Assembly (NCBI GenBank): GCA_951406725.2
Contig: OX597816.1
Coordinates: 46,934,001-46,998,000 of the forward strand
Length of the DNA: 64,000 bases
From: Octopus vulgaris
Taxonomy: Eukaryota
Direction of reading: 5' to 3'
This document shows, piece after piece, positions 1 to 14,278 of the stretch. Position 1 is the first letter of the stretch. Every line of letters begins with the position of its first letter. The notes under the pieces are model-generated. The model was not told where the DNA came from. It saw only the letters and a program-made list of their open reading frames with translations, and ran no database searches. Position numbers and translations under genes: made by a program.

Positions 1-3000
1 AAGGGTTCTTGTTGCTCTGGCTTGATCTTATAAACAATGATTTTGACATCTGTTACCAAGGTTACCTGTGTTATAAAAGAATGCATTTTGTTCTCTGCTC
101 ACGCACACACGAACACACACATACACACACGCACACATAGGCATCTATATTTAACAATTACTTTCGGCTGTTATTATTATTAGTTTGATCCCCTCCAAGA
201 TAAGTCCCATTCCCTTTTTCAGTTTGTTGCCAATCTGAGGACACCTGCACGAAAAGACAACTCAGTTTTCTTAACTTCCTTCCAAGTCTCTTCACAATTT
301 TTCTTACTTCCCTTTATCTATAATTTTTACTCTCTCTCTCTCTCTCTCTCTTCCTTTCTCTCTTCTCCCTTAAATTCTAACAAATCTCTTATTTTAGTTG
401 TCTGTCCTTTTATGAACAGGCTAATGACAAAAAAAAAAAAGATCAGTTTGTTCTCTCCCCCTCCCCCAATATATTGATGCAACCTCTAATTCAGTGGTTT
501 ATCATTGGTCTGCTAGCTTGACAGATAATTAGTTGCTTCTGCTTTACTTTATTTCCTCTTACACTAATAGTGTGTGACTCCCCCGAAATAATTTTATAGC
601 CAGCTCTTTTTGAGAGACATCGACAGGTGGTTATCTTGAAGACTGCTTTTTTTTTTTTAACCCCCTCCTCCAACACCTAAATCAATGAAATCTGTCCGCT
701 ATTTCTTAGAAAACAAATATTTAATAATTAGATCTGAAGGAAGTTTAAGTGTCATAGCAGATTCTTATCCAAATCTGCATAGTCCTTGGGTATTTCCCTG
801 TGATATATATATACTATACTGCAAATATGAACATTTACATCATATTTTTAAATACACACATGCAAGCATACATTCACACAGATGGACATGGACATGAACT
901 CTTATTATTGAATCATATTCTTTTATATTACAGGAATACTTTCTTTAAGATCGGTCTTATTAAAAAAAAAAAAATTTAATGGAGTAAAGAAAAACGGGAT
1001 AAAATGACAGCTGATTTTATAAAAGAAGAAAAATTTCAAAAATAAAGCTATGGGACTCCTGCCTTGGACAAGTTTCTACTCCTCCTTTTTAATTTGCAGA
1101 AAATTGCATTAGCTTTGAACTGGAGCAATAAAATATATTAAATCTTATAAAAATTTAGAAGATTAGTTGAAAACATATTTATGCAATCAAACATCATTAG
1201 CAGAAGAATACACAGTATTAAAATAAAAGAAACCCAGATAAATAATTGCCATCATAACCATTTGGGTCAAGAAACTAGAAATATTCCTTTGGTAATATTT
1301 TTTTTTTGTAATTTGTTTTATTTGTATTTTTCCATTTTTCTTTGAACTGATGAAGGAAAAGAACTTTGATGGTGGCAGTGATGGATTGGGTGAGGTTTGA
1401 ATATGTTAGGTTTTGTTGACCAAACCATTGACTTTTTGAGTACTGTAAATTGAGAACATCATAGATCCAGTATTCAAAAGGTTAAAACGAGAAAGATGAA
1501 GATGAAAAAAAAAAATAAAAAACAAAGGTATGTGCAAGGGTCTCAGGTTTTGTGTGTAATCAATGTATAAACACCATTACTGTTTACCTGAAACATTGCT
1601 CTTTTCCCTGTTCCATATTTTCCCAACCAGATTGGAGAAAAAAAATCCCAATGAAAGGAGATTAAAAGAAAGACTGCTCTGAGGCATCTTTCCTGTACAC
1701 TGATTTTTTTTTTTTTTAAGAAAGAATAAAAAAAAAAAATTAGGAAGCTAAATTAAGATTTTAGAATTTTAGTTCAAAGACAAGAGTAAGCTTTTGAAAG
1801 TAAACACAAAAACACAGTATTACTTTCTTCTAAAGAAAAAAGTAAAATAGAAACAATATTGACAATTGTTAAGAATTGAAGAGAGATAAATTAAAGAAAA
1901 GACTTCACATTGAAAAATTCTTTTTTTTTTTTTCTTTTTTTTTTTTGTGGGGGTTAATCAGGATTGTTTTGGAAATTGCTTTTTGTGTTAAGTACAAAGT
2001 TTCAAATTGGAGTGTTTTAGTTCTTGTAGAATTAGCATATTTGGGCTTGGAGTTGAAATGGGAACGTGAGAAGAAAAAAAAAAACTAAAGAAAAGAGAAA
2101 AAAAATGAACAAGCCACATAGAAAAATGATGCTCTGGTTCTTCAGAGTTAGAATAAAAAATGACTGAAAGGGTTTGAACATGTTTTCTCAGTCATTGCAA
2201 AGTATCTTTTAAAAATGTTTTGACCTTTAAACTCTATTACAGCCAATCCTTCCCATGTAAAAACAGTCTTTGATTCTCTATACCTGACTACTATTGTTAT
2301 CCATTCTAATTACTACTGTAATAATAATTATCATTATTGCTACTTTTAGTACAAATTGTACAAGACCATCTCTGCCAGCCAAATAGTGATACATGAGCAA
2401 TTTACTTGAGAAGCCAACAATTGTAATAAACAATTAAGCAAGGTAGCCTCAGTTGTTAACTCTTTACTAGAGATATGTGCCTGCTTTTTGTTGTCTGTCT
2501 TGTCTGTTACATTTGGTAAGATGGACACACACTTGACTGACTCAGTTTATTATCATTTAAAATCCTTTGTATTGTATGCATATTTCTTTTTTAATATTAG
2601 TTTGCTTAATAATTCACAATTGTTTTGGCATTGTCTATTTTGCTATTTTATGAAGTATGCTTAAAATATTATTTTTTTTCTCTTTCACATTGTCATTTAT
2701 TAAATGAGTATTAGGTAACTGCATGAAGTGGTAAGTTTCGGTCAATCGGTGGCCCACTTAAATTTGCACTTTGTACATTTTTTGAAATGTTAACATTGTA
2801 TTACAAGTTTGAATAGTTTCACTTCAAATAGATGAAAAATAACACCATATAACAACGGATTAGTCATTCTGGAAATTTTAGCGTCTACAGCTTTATCTCC
2901 AAGGATTCTTTAGTAGTAACAGGTGCAACCAAGGACAGAGATACTGACATGTTTTGCTGTAATGTATTTAACAAATCAATGTTCCCCATTTGTCAAGACT

Positions 3001-3227
3001 GTTACTGCTCTTAATTTACTGATGAGCTGACTAACTGTAAGTTAACCTCTATCCTCATCATTGTGTGAAGCAAGTGTTGAATGAAAATGTGTAATCCAGA
3101 TTTACCAGGATCTAGCTGGAACATGAATGAGAACTGCAAAGAATTACCAGTATTTTCTGTTAATTATAATATTGATTCCTCTATCTTTAATTATTACGAT
3201 TTATTTATTTGTGAAGCATCAGTTGTA

Positions 3228-3870
3228 GTGTGCTGGTATGGTCATGTGGCAAGAATGGATGAAGATAGTTGTGTGAAAAAGTGTCACACCCTAACGGTTG
3301 AGGGAACCTGTGGAAGAGGTAGACTCAGGAAAACCTGGGACGAGGTGGTGAACCACGACCTTCGAACGTTAGGTCTCACCGAGGCAATGACTAGTGACCG
3401 AGACCTTTGACTCAGCAGGACAAGTGAGGCCATAACCCGTGGCCTCTATGCATACCTTTCCTTCTTGGGACACAAAACCCTACTTGCGAAGACCTGTTGA
3501 GGCAAGTGAAATCGGATTCGAAATTGAAATCACTCAAAAATCAATGGAAATTGTAGTTGTGATACCAGTGCCGGTGGCACGTAAAAGAACCATCCAAATG
3601 TGGCCGTTGCCAGTGCCGCCCCGACTGGCCTCCGTGCCGGTGGCATGTAAAAAGCACCAACCGATCATGGCCGTTGCCAGCCTCGCCTGGCACGTAAAGA
3701 GCACCCACTACACTCACGGAGTGGTTGGCGTTAGGAAGGGCATCCAGCTGTTGAAACTCTGCCAGATCAGACTGGGCCTGGTGCAGCCTCCTGGCTTCCC
3801 AGACTCCAGTTGAACCATCCAACCCATGCTAGCATGGAAAGCAGATGTTAAACGATGATGATGATGATGT
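3228..3870 (+). mobile_element. RTE-clade LINE 3' end
   Basis: WYGHVARM...GRGRLRKTWDEVV..DL ORF C-terminus, 3'UTR with tandem units, (GAT)n tail; other copies near 13510-13745, 32425-32873, 34755-35415, 36445-37032, 46820-47172, 56650-56965 (+) and 29870-30110, 63880-64000 (-). Confidence 0.88.
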
Positions 3871-4151
3871 GGTACAAAACGTTGCAAAATTATCTGGTAA
3901 TAATATCCTTGTTTTGTTTCTAGCACTTTTTGAACAGCATGAGAGTTATCTTTGTACAATAACAGAGTTAAGCTTTTGCTGTGGGTTACTGCCCATGCTC
4001 TCCAGCACTGTATGACCTAAATTGACATCAAGATACAGCAAAATTCAAGGATCTGGTATGTGCAAATCATTTCTAGAAGCTATTTGGCAATATTTTCTCT
4101 GAAATTTATTTGATTCTTGGATGTAGCTGAGAACAGTGATCAAAGATTCAG

Positions 4152-4533
4152 TAGGAGTGGCTGTGTGGTAAGTAGCTTGTTTACCAACCACATGGTTCCA
4201 GGTTCAGTCCCACCACGTGGCACCTTGGGCAAGTGTCTTCTACTATAGCCTCGGGCCAACCAAAGCCTTGTGAGTGGATTTGGTAGACGGAAACTGAAAG
4301 AAGCCCGTCGTATATGTGCATATATGATTGTGCATGTGTGTGTTTGTCCCTCTAGCATTGCTTGACAACCAATGCTGGTGTGTTTATGTCCCCGTCACTT
4401 AGCGGTTCGGCAAAAGAGACCGATAGCATAAGTACTGGGCTTACAAAAGAATAAGTCCCGGGGTCGAGTTGCTCGATTAAAGGCGGTGCTCCAGCATGAC
4501 CGCAGTCAAATGACTGAAACGAGTAAAAGAGTA
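4152..4533 (+). mobile_element. tRNA-derived SINE family A (about 380 bp, internal (TA)/(TG) microsatellite)
   Basis: A/B-box head tggctgtgtggtaag...ggttcagtccc; further copies near 9105-9452, 11101-11512, 18443-18810, 19398-19772, 23752-24176, 25939-26610, 41828-42255, 43045-43447, 48655-49046, 51775-52180, 55003-55435, 62115-62497. Confidence 0.9.
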
Positions 4534-4659
4534 ACCAACTTTGGAAAGAAATTTAAAGTTCAACCTGGCTGGTTATGTGAAAACACTGAATTGCCGTTGT
4601 GCAATAAAAACAAAGCAATCAGCATACTGGTAGGCTAAAAGTAATATACATCATATTAC

Positions 4660-5640
4660 TTCATCGTCGTCATTTAACATTCATCCATGCTGATATGGGT
4701 TGGACAGTTTGACCTGAACTGGTAAGCTGGGGAGCTGCACTAGACTCCAGTCTGATTTGGCATGGTTTCTACAGCTTGATGCCCTTCCTAATGTCAACCA
4801 CTTTACAGAATGTGCTGGGTGCTTTTATGTGGCACCGTCACAAGTGTAAGACACTACCAGAAGGATCAGTCTTAATACTTTTGTTGTGGAGTACAGGTCT
4901 TCTTGAGTATGGCAGGGCGCCAGACATCTGAGTCCCTTGTCATCTCGCCTGAAAGGTTCAGCTTCCTGAGGTCATTCTTCGGTACTTCATCCCATGTCTT
5001 CCTGGATCTCCCACTTCCATATGTTTCATCCACTTTGAGAATTCGGCACTTCTTTATGGAGCTGTTGGCATCCATCCACACATCACATGACCAAACCAGT
5101 GCAGTCTTCCCTCTTGCACACAGCAACTAATTCCTCTTATTCCTAACTTCTCTCTCAGAACACTAGCACTCTGTCAAACATATACGCTTACATTACACAT
5201 CCAGTGGAGCATACTTGCCTCCTTCCTTTCTAACCTTTACATGTCTTCTGCATTCATGGCCCATATCTCACTATCACGTATATTTACTGTCCATATACAT
5301 GCATCATAAAATCTTTCATGGCCAGCAGAGGTAACAGCTCTCTGAATTTCCTGCATCCTATTCTAGCTATCACACTCTCCATGCATCCTCCTCCGCTACT
5401 CATTTGGTCCCTAGGTAGCAGAAATTATCTCCTGCGTCTAATGAGCCACCAGGGCATTTGAAAGAATCAATTTTCTGAGTCTCTTAAAGTTTTTATCGAT
5501 CCTCTGCATCTTCCACGTATGAAAACTATCTTTTCTGATAACCTTTCTATTAATCCACTGCATGTCTCATGTGTCCATAGCCTACACTGTATGGAGTTCC
5601 TGCCTACATCTCTCCTACAAATCAAACGGGGCCACCTACC
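4660..5640 (-). mobile_element. RTE-clade LINE fragment
   Basis: IKKCRILKVDETYGSGRSRKTWDEVPKNDLRKLNL, same family as 3228 in the opposite orientation. Confidence 0.8.
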
Positions 5641-8600
5641 TGAGTGGGATCAGGTCATATTTGTATTATAGTTCAGGCTAATACTGAACTTATGCATGAA
5701 AAATTTAGGAATGCATTGGTGTCGTGCAAACTATCCTGAGTGGCTGTAGAGATAATTACTGTTCCGTTTACAGCCAAGCACAAGTGTTTTTGTTTTGTTA
5801 GATTGGTAGCAGTATGAAGGACAAGTTTTGGAGCAGGCTTATTACACCTTTTGCCGACTCAAATGAGACAACCCCAAGTAGCTTTTCAGCACTGCAGTAA
5901 TGATGAGGGTGCACAGCAGTGTGTTTCTTACTGGAAAATATTTTTTTTCTTGATTCCAGAAGATTTTAGAGTTCTCAGTATCTATATAAAAGTACAGGTA
6001 AGATATGATGAGAAACATGTTTAGGGCTCACAGAACATGTCTGAGAGTTCGTGTAGATTCAACCACAGTCTAGAAGTAAACATGATCTTTACATGAATTA
6101 TGAGAGACAAGCATGAGCTGCTGTTTGTGGCCTTTATTAACTTTACAAAGGCTTGTATATATGACTTTACCCTCTAGCTACATTCTTTGGTTGCTTTGAA
6201 ATTTTTTGTATCTTTGGAGCCCCACTGCTTCATGTACAAGTTACAGTCCATATTAAACCAAAAGATTTTTGTAGTTTTCTCGGGTTGTGGTCTAGCTTCA
6301 ACTTTGTTCTCCTTCAAATATAAATAGTTATGTTTCTTGGCTAGTTTTCTGTATTCTGTGTATCCCATTGGACATGCTGAAGAAGGAATCTTCAAAGTCA
6401 TATAACCATATAAATGAGACTTGGACTCTGCAACTTGTCTCACAGGCTACCTGTTTTAGATGAACAGCAACAACTCTATTGCTGGCAACGTGATAAAATG
6501 CACCCAGTACACACTGTAAGACATGGCAACAAAGTTGGCCAGTTTTCTCTCGTGTGTGTCAGAAGATGCAACCTACAAAAATTAATTTAAACCGGCCATA
6601 TCCGGCCAAAATATTTAACCTGGTTTATGTTCAAACTGACCAGATCCAGGCCCTCATACCTACCCTACAATGTTATTCTACATTGGTAATTACACCATCA
6701 GGATCTTGAAGATATGAAATAATGCATGATTAATTCAAATCAATGGGAATCAATAGACATTATGTTTGATGGAATAATCTGAACACTAAAGGGTTAAAAT
6801 AATTTTTTTTTCTGTTCCTGGACTTGAACTTGGTGTGGAATAAAATTGGAAGATGCAAATGTGAGATTATGTATGTGTTACTTCTAAAGATTGTAGAAAA
6901 TACTGTGAGGTTAGATCTCTGGAAGCTGGATGAAATGCTAAAAAATGTGACAAATGATCAATATAAGATGAATGTCAATATACTATACACCAGACCCATC
7001 TAACCGATGTTAGCTAAAACACTGGACGATGATAATTGTGGTGGTGATGGTATAGATATCAGCTTTTTATAATTTTCAACCATCATATTAATTATACATT
7101 TTCTTATTGTCACGAATTCAAATATTTGTAACAATACCAATTATATTCAAGTTTTACAATAATACATGGCTACTATAGCTCTTATGTAGTCTGTACATTG
7201 CTATTATAGCTACTCTACATTACAAATCTTTTAATTATAATCAATGCAATATTCTAGGATTGTCCAAAGATCAAGTATGTTGTAGTTTTCAAATTGGCAG
7301 TGAGAGCATTGAATCAAATACCATGTGGAATTTATTTCAGTTTCTTGCATTCTAAGTTCAAATTATACTGAGACTGATTTACTTTTTCATCTTTTCAGGA
7401 TCAGTAAATAAAATGCTAGTGTGGATTGGTGGCCTGATGGAATTGTTAGAGAACTGGACAGGATGCCTTGCTGTATTTGTTCTTGCTTTTTGTGTCCTGG
7501 TTTCAAATCCGATTAGGGCCCTACATGGGTGGTCGAGTTAATTAATTGTCCAGCACTTATTTTAATATCATCTGCTTTTTCAGTGTCTTTTGCAAAGTCC
7601 ACTTTCTTGTAAGCATTTGGACTGTGAAATTAGACCATGAAGGCCTTTCCATCAGTTTCAGATGAGGATTGAATCAACTAGTTTTACTGTCTTTACACGT
7701 TGCCTCTCTACCTGTCTGGTACTCAAGTATTTATTTTCAAGATGTCAACTTTGTATCATTATGCAAATGACTTGTGTCTGCTGTAATTTAGTTTACTTTT
7801 TTATATGGTTTTTTTTTTACTATATCTTGCAGAGGGGAGATAAGTGATCCTTAATAACCTATAAAGACAGTAAAACCAAGAGGTCCAATGTTCATCTCAA
7901 GCTGTTGAAAATGACTTCATAGGCTTAAGAGACTAAATGCATATGAATACGACTTGTGCATATTTATTCATTCATAGCACATGGTGTATCGGTCTTCTAG
8001 TATTATATTTAACAATGTGAATGAAGGTAGTTGATTGGCAGAAACATTAGAGCATCAGATAGAATGTACCACAGTATTTGTTCCAAGTTCAAATCCTTCA
8101 AAGGACAGTTTTACCTGTCAGCTTTGTGCAGTTGATTAATTAAAGCACAAATCAATTACTGAGGCTGATTTAATCACCTAACCAATTCACACTAAATTTG
8201 TGTATCAGTGTTGAAAATGATGTGTTTCCAGATTGTAGTTTCTCTGGAAAGGTAAACAATTGCTTTAATGATTCCTTCTCCTAATATACATGCAATATGT
8301 TTTGGTGAGCAGTGAAATAGGTTTTTTTTACCTTTCATGCTTTTTCAAAGATCTCCAAGCAAAAACTGAAATTGGCTTATCAATTAGGTTTACCCTTTTG
8401 CTGTGGTGATTATGATATATAATTGAGTGTGTTTAGCTAAACATTTCCATATGTTTACAAGGTGAGAAAAATAATAGGAATCAAGGCAGGAAAATGTGCA
8501 TTTTGTATGAAATAAAAAGTTTTTCCAATTAAAACTTCAGCTTCTATACTCTCCTACATTTATTTTATATCTCTCTATATATACATATGTATATGTATTC

Positions 8601-10283
8601 ATTCATGTTAGTATGTTTTTCTATGCTGGCAGAATTACTACAGCCAGGTGCTCTTCCTGTCTACCAGCCTTTGTTTTCAAGTAAGGTATTTTCATTCCAC
8701 TTGTCCTCATGTGTCAAAAACGATTCTTTACTTACTGGAGAATGTAAAAGCCACTGATTATTGCTCGTGCAATGTTAATGAGGACACATGAAACAACATT
8801 CATATATTACGACTGGATTCTCCAGAGTTTCTATTGACTAGATCCACACGCAAGGCACTGGTCAACCAATGGCTATAGTAGACATTTGCCCATGGTACCA
8901 CACATTGGGACTGAAACTGGAAATATTGCAAAATGAATGGTGTGACGACACAGCCATGTCTGTGCATCTGTGTGTATCTGTGTCATCATTTAACGTCTTC
9001 CATACTGGCATGGGTTGGACAGTTTGACAGGCTCCAATTGTCTGTTTTGGCATGGTTTCTATGGCTGGATGCCATTCTAAACACCAAATATATATATATT
9101 CTTTTGTTCTTTTACTTGTTCCAGTCATTTAATTGCTGCCATTCTGGAACACCACCGTAAACACTTAGTTGAAATCGACCCCAGGACTTATTCTATTGGT
9201 CTCTTCTGCTGAACTGCTAAGTTACAGGGATGAAAACATACCAACACTAGTTGTCAAGTGGCAATGGGGGGGAACAGACACATACACATTTATACACAAC
9301 AGGCTTCTTTCAGTTTCCATCTACCAAATCCACTCACAAGGCTTTGGTTGACTCAAAATTATAGTAAAGGACACTTGCCCAATGTGCCTTGCAGTGGAGC
9401 TGAACCCAGAACCATATGGTTGGGAAGCAAGCTTCTTACCACACAGCCACACCTGATGTCTAAAGATTTTATTGCATAAATTTCTTAGTTTTCTAAATTT
9501 CTCTTAATTTTAAAAATGGTTACTTTTCAGACACCCTACATTTCATAAAATGCATGTAGGAGTGGTTGAAGATTTTTATATTTTAAAAAGCAGTTAAAAA
9601 AATCAAATATTGAAAAAATATTTCATACAAACATTACTATAATTTATAGATAAATTGAGCAAATTAATAATTAAATTTACTGGTTTCCTTAAAATTTTAT
9701 TCCAGTCATTAAAGTAATTTTAAAGGTCTAGTTTGATAAATGAGTTCTGTCCATAGCCATCCCAGGCCTTCTATGAAAGTGACATTAGCACAATCCCTCT
9801 TCAAATAATTACGGATTATGTTTTAGTGTCTAAATACTAATAGCAACACTACAGTAATTATATTCCTTTGTTTCCCGTGTTCTAATACTACTGAGGTTCA
9901 CTTCGCCTTTCATTCTGAGGTAAATAAAATAAAGCCCCTGTCTGGTACTGGATTTGATTTATATCCTTAGGATGCTTCTTTTTGTGTGAATGAAATAATA
10001 GATGAAAATGATGATCAGTTAGATTTATTCATGATTAGTCTTAGCATGTTTCTATTCCAAATTATTGTAAAGTTTATATTGACTGGTACTTTAACTTTTG
10101 TTTTGTTGAGTAAACGGTCAGGCAAAACTTAAAGACCTGATCAACATGAAATTTTAACTCAGCTCTTTGTAGTGAGCCCTCCCAAAATAGCAACCTCTAA
10201 CATCTATTTCTAATTATATCTCCTATATAATTTATATATTCCCTCTTCTTTGTTAAAGTAGCACAATTAATAAATGAATAATT

Positions 10284-10289
10284 TTTATT
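10284..10289 (-). promoter_or_regulatory. Candidate poly(A) signal AATAAA of the TRPA1-like gene
   Basis: AATAAA on minus strand about 150 nt after the stop; AT-rich context makes chance hits common. Confidence 0.35.
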
Positions 10290-10435
10290 TATTCATATTT
10301 TCTTTCTCAGTATCATCTTTAAGAGAATTGACTGCTCAATTCTCTATATTCCCTGATTTTCGTTTGCAAGATGTCTTAGGGTAGATATTTTCCAATGCTA
10401 ACCCTTGAAATTTTCAAATGAACACCAATCACAAA

Positions 10436-10691
10436 TCAGTTTTGTTTCTTCATGTTTTTGTTCTGCTTGTAAGACAAAGCAGCCGTTCGTTTTAACAAAT
10501 TATTTCGAACTAAATCAGATGACCATCCATTGACTACATGAGAGTTATCAACCCCTGATTCACTGTCACTCTCCACACTTGTATCAACACCTTCATCTTT
10601 GTGGTCATCCTCTGTGCTAATGTCCATCTTGCGAACAATGAGTCGAAGAAGTTCATAGTGTTTGTTTATGCTGTTTGTGATATCTCGCAAT
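10436..10691 (-). CDS. TRPA1: TRPA1-like terminal coding exon (coiled coil, acidic cluster, stop)
   Basis: ttccag acceptor; LRDITNSINKHYELLRLIVRKMDISTEDD...KKQN*; TGA at 10438-10436. Confidence 0.92.
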
Positions 10692-13600
10692 CTGGAAGGA
10701 AAGTACAAAACAGTGATAAAAGAAGGGGAAAATTATTAGATACTCGACAATCACAATGTGTATATTATATATACACACACATATATACCACACTATGAAG
10801 AAAAAAAACATTCTTATAGACCAACTTCATTTTTAATTTTAATGAAATGTTTCTCTTCATGGTATATCTAATTAACAAGTTACAGGTTAAATCATGATGA
10901 AAATTTCTAAAAGGAATAAAATAATGCTATACATGACTACCACCAACCAGAAACCCTAAGAACTTCATAGATAAATAAAATTTTAAAAATTAAATAAACT
11001 CTGCATCTTCGTGATCCTAAATTTCTAATTCCATTTCATGTTGCGATGAGGTAGTTACCTCCCTTCAGCATTTATGTGCATAAATAAATTTATATATATA
11101 CTTTTTACTCTTTTACTTGTTTCAGTCATTTGACTGCGGCCATGCTGGAGCACCACCTTTAGTCGAGCAAATCGACCTCAGGACTTATTCTTTGTAAACC
11201 TAGTACTTATTCTATCAGTCTCTTTTGCCAAACCACTAGGTTACGGGGACGTAAACACACCAGCATCAGTTGTCAAGCGATGTTGGGGGGACAAACATAG
11301 ACACACAAACATATACACACACACACATACATGTATATATACATATATACGACGAGCTTCTTTCAGTTTCCGTCTACCAAATCCATTCACAAGGCTTTGG
11401 TTGGCCCAAGGCTATAGTAGAAGACACTTGCCCAAAGTGCCACACAATGGGACTGAACCCGGAACCATGTGGTTGGTAAGCAAGCTACTTACCACACAGC
11501 CACTCCTGCACCTATATATATATATATATATATATGATATAAAAGTCCCTTTTCACATTAATATGATAAAAAAAAAAAAAAAAATTGGCATGGCAAGATT
11601 TGAACTCAAAACCTAAAGAGTCACAAGGAATATTGCAAAGCATTTTTTGCAATATTCTAATGATTCTGCCTATTCACTGCCTTAAAATAGTTTCTAGTTT
11701 AAGGCACAAGGGCAGCAGTTTTGAAGAGAGGAAGTTTGTTGGTATCATCAACTCCATTACTTGATTGCTACTGTATAATATTGACCTCAAAACAGAGACT
11801 TTGATAGAATTTGAATTCAGAGTGTAGAGAGCTGAAAGAAATATACCAAATCTTTTTATCAATTGTTCCAGTGATTTTACCAGACAAGCACCCTGTCTTC
11901 TATAATCTTAATAATACTACAGTTATATTACAAAGCAGTGAGCTGGCAGAATTATTACCCCACCAGGTAAAATGCTTAGCAGCATTTTGTCTGTCTTTAT
12001 GTTCTGAGTTCAAACTCTGCTGAGTTTGACTTTGCCTTTTATCCCTTTTGAGTTTGAGAAAATAAGTACCAGTTGAGCACTGGGGGTCAATGTAATCAAT
12101 TTATCCACTCCCTTCAAAATTGCTAACCTTGTGCCAAAATTTGAAACCAATTTTACTATTACATTACCTTTTCTTTTGTTGGTGCATTTCATCATAAAGG
12201 TAAGCATTCTGTGCAATTGAACGGCCCAAACTAGCTAATTTAGCATCCAATTGCCCTGCATCTGCATCTTCATTTACAATTTTCTACAAGAAATAAAGAA
12301 AATTATTAATGTTTTCTTACCAGTTCAGCTATTCAAAATATTATTACTGAAATCTTCAAAAAGAAAAAAAAAAGCACCTTTTCCTCTTCCCAAGTTTTGT
12401 GTTGTTTAACCCTTTAGTGTTCAGATTACTCTGTTAAATGAAATACTTTTTCACTCAAATTGTTTTGAATTAATCATGCATTAACTTATAGCTTTGAGGT
12501 TTCAATGATATGATTGTTTATTTTTAGAATGTCAATGTAGGTTAGGTGTGAGAGGCTATATATCGCCAGTTTAAACATTAAAGGGTTAATCCTCTAGCAT
12601 TTAAACTGGCCATACCTGGTTCAAATGTTCTACCTGTTTTATGTTCAAATTGGACAGATCTGATCTCTCACACCTACCATACAATGACATTCTAAAAATA
12701 AACAATCACACCGTCAAGATCTCAAAGCTATGAGACAACGCATGACTAATTCAAAACAACGTGTATGAATAAGTATTACATTTGACAATAATTCTGAATA
12801 CTACAGGATTAAGGAAGCTATTGCTGCTTTCTTGTATTAGTACTGTAACTGTAATAGAAAAAGTTGGTGTTGAGAATCATAATTGAAACCTATGCCCCAA
12901 GTAGAGCATTAGGAATTATCCTTAAATAATTATGGCACCAGGTCACCCAAAGGACAGAACCTTAAACCTAGTGTATGTGTGTGAGTTTGTTCGTGGTCCT
13001 CCAAAAATTTCTCAGTTTGAGTTGTGTCATTGTTGCCATTTCCTCTGTGAATGAATCATCTGTTGTCTTTACATGTTTTAAGACATGTGGTATAAGATAT
13101 CCCTTAGTTGAAAAACAAGAGATAGTAGCAAGGAGGGCATCTGGCTGTAAAACAATTCCTTAATAATATATTCATTTAAGTCATGCCAGCATAAAAAAAA
13201 AAACCCTGTAAAGACGAACATATACATATACTCCTCCACATATACATGCATACATACATTATTTATATATATTTATTATGATAAACTCTTGTATGTCCAA
13301 ATTTGGCCAGTTGTGTTTTTTTCAGTATTTTTGCTTGCAATAGCCAGTTCATTTGGTCAAACTATCATATCTCTAGCTGCTTCAACAGTTTTGGTATGGA
13401 ATAGTGAAACTATTTTTTTTGTTTTCTGAAAAAGCAATGTTTTGGATTTACAACACATTTGCATAAAAACAACGATATATGTATATATATATATATATAT
13501 GGCAAATTGGTGTGCTTGAGATGACATGTCAAGCTAAGTGAAATTGTGGACATGGCCTAGTGCTGGTGATAATGTGAATGGCACCCATGCTGGTGAAAGG

Positions 13601-14236
13601 CACCCTGTACTGTGGACTGGTTGGCATTAGGAAGGGTATCCAGCCATAGAAACCAAGCCACTACAGACTGGGACCTGGTGCAGGTCTCTGGCTTATCTAT
13701 CTAAGCCATAGTAGCATGGAAAATGGACGTTAAATGATGATGATATATATTTGTACTAATGTTCCCAGGTGGCAGGCTTGATAATTGTTGAGAGTTTTCT
13801 TTCTACATGAAACCATTGATAGCCTTGTTAACTCACAAATATGTGTATGCCTTTCTTTGATGCTCAACTGCTGATGAAATTGGAGGGACACCACTGTGTT
13901 GGGCATTTATTTTTCCAGACCTAACAGAGTTCATGCCTCTCCTGGTCTGATCATAGTTAAATTCTTTCAGAAATTGAGAAAGACGAAAACAGGCAGTGGA
14001 AAAGAAAAATGAGTGAGAGAACGAGAAGAATCTACCCCCAGTACAGGATTGGTACTTTATTGTTGCTAAAAGGATGAAAAGTAAATTGACCTGGGCAGGG
14101 TTTGAACTTGGTGTGCAGAGTGTTTGAACAAAAATTCCTCCAATGCTCTAACAACTCTGCCAATTGGCTGTCTTACATCATACATACAAAATCCCCCCTC
14201 CCACACACATAAACATGCATACATATACACTCATGC

Positions 14237-14278
<42 letters not shown>

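Noticed and set aside
3019-3050. CTGATGA as hammerhead core (also near 1347 and 13872)
   Set aside because: No stem II followed by GAAA and no stem I complement.
12321-12353. Possible micro-exon with gtaag donor
   Set aside because: Stops in all three frames and the downstream intron would be only about 37 nt; exons 20-21 already join in frame.
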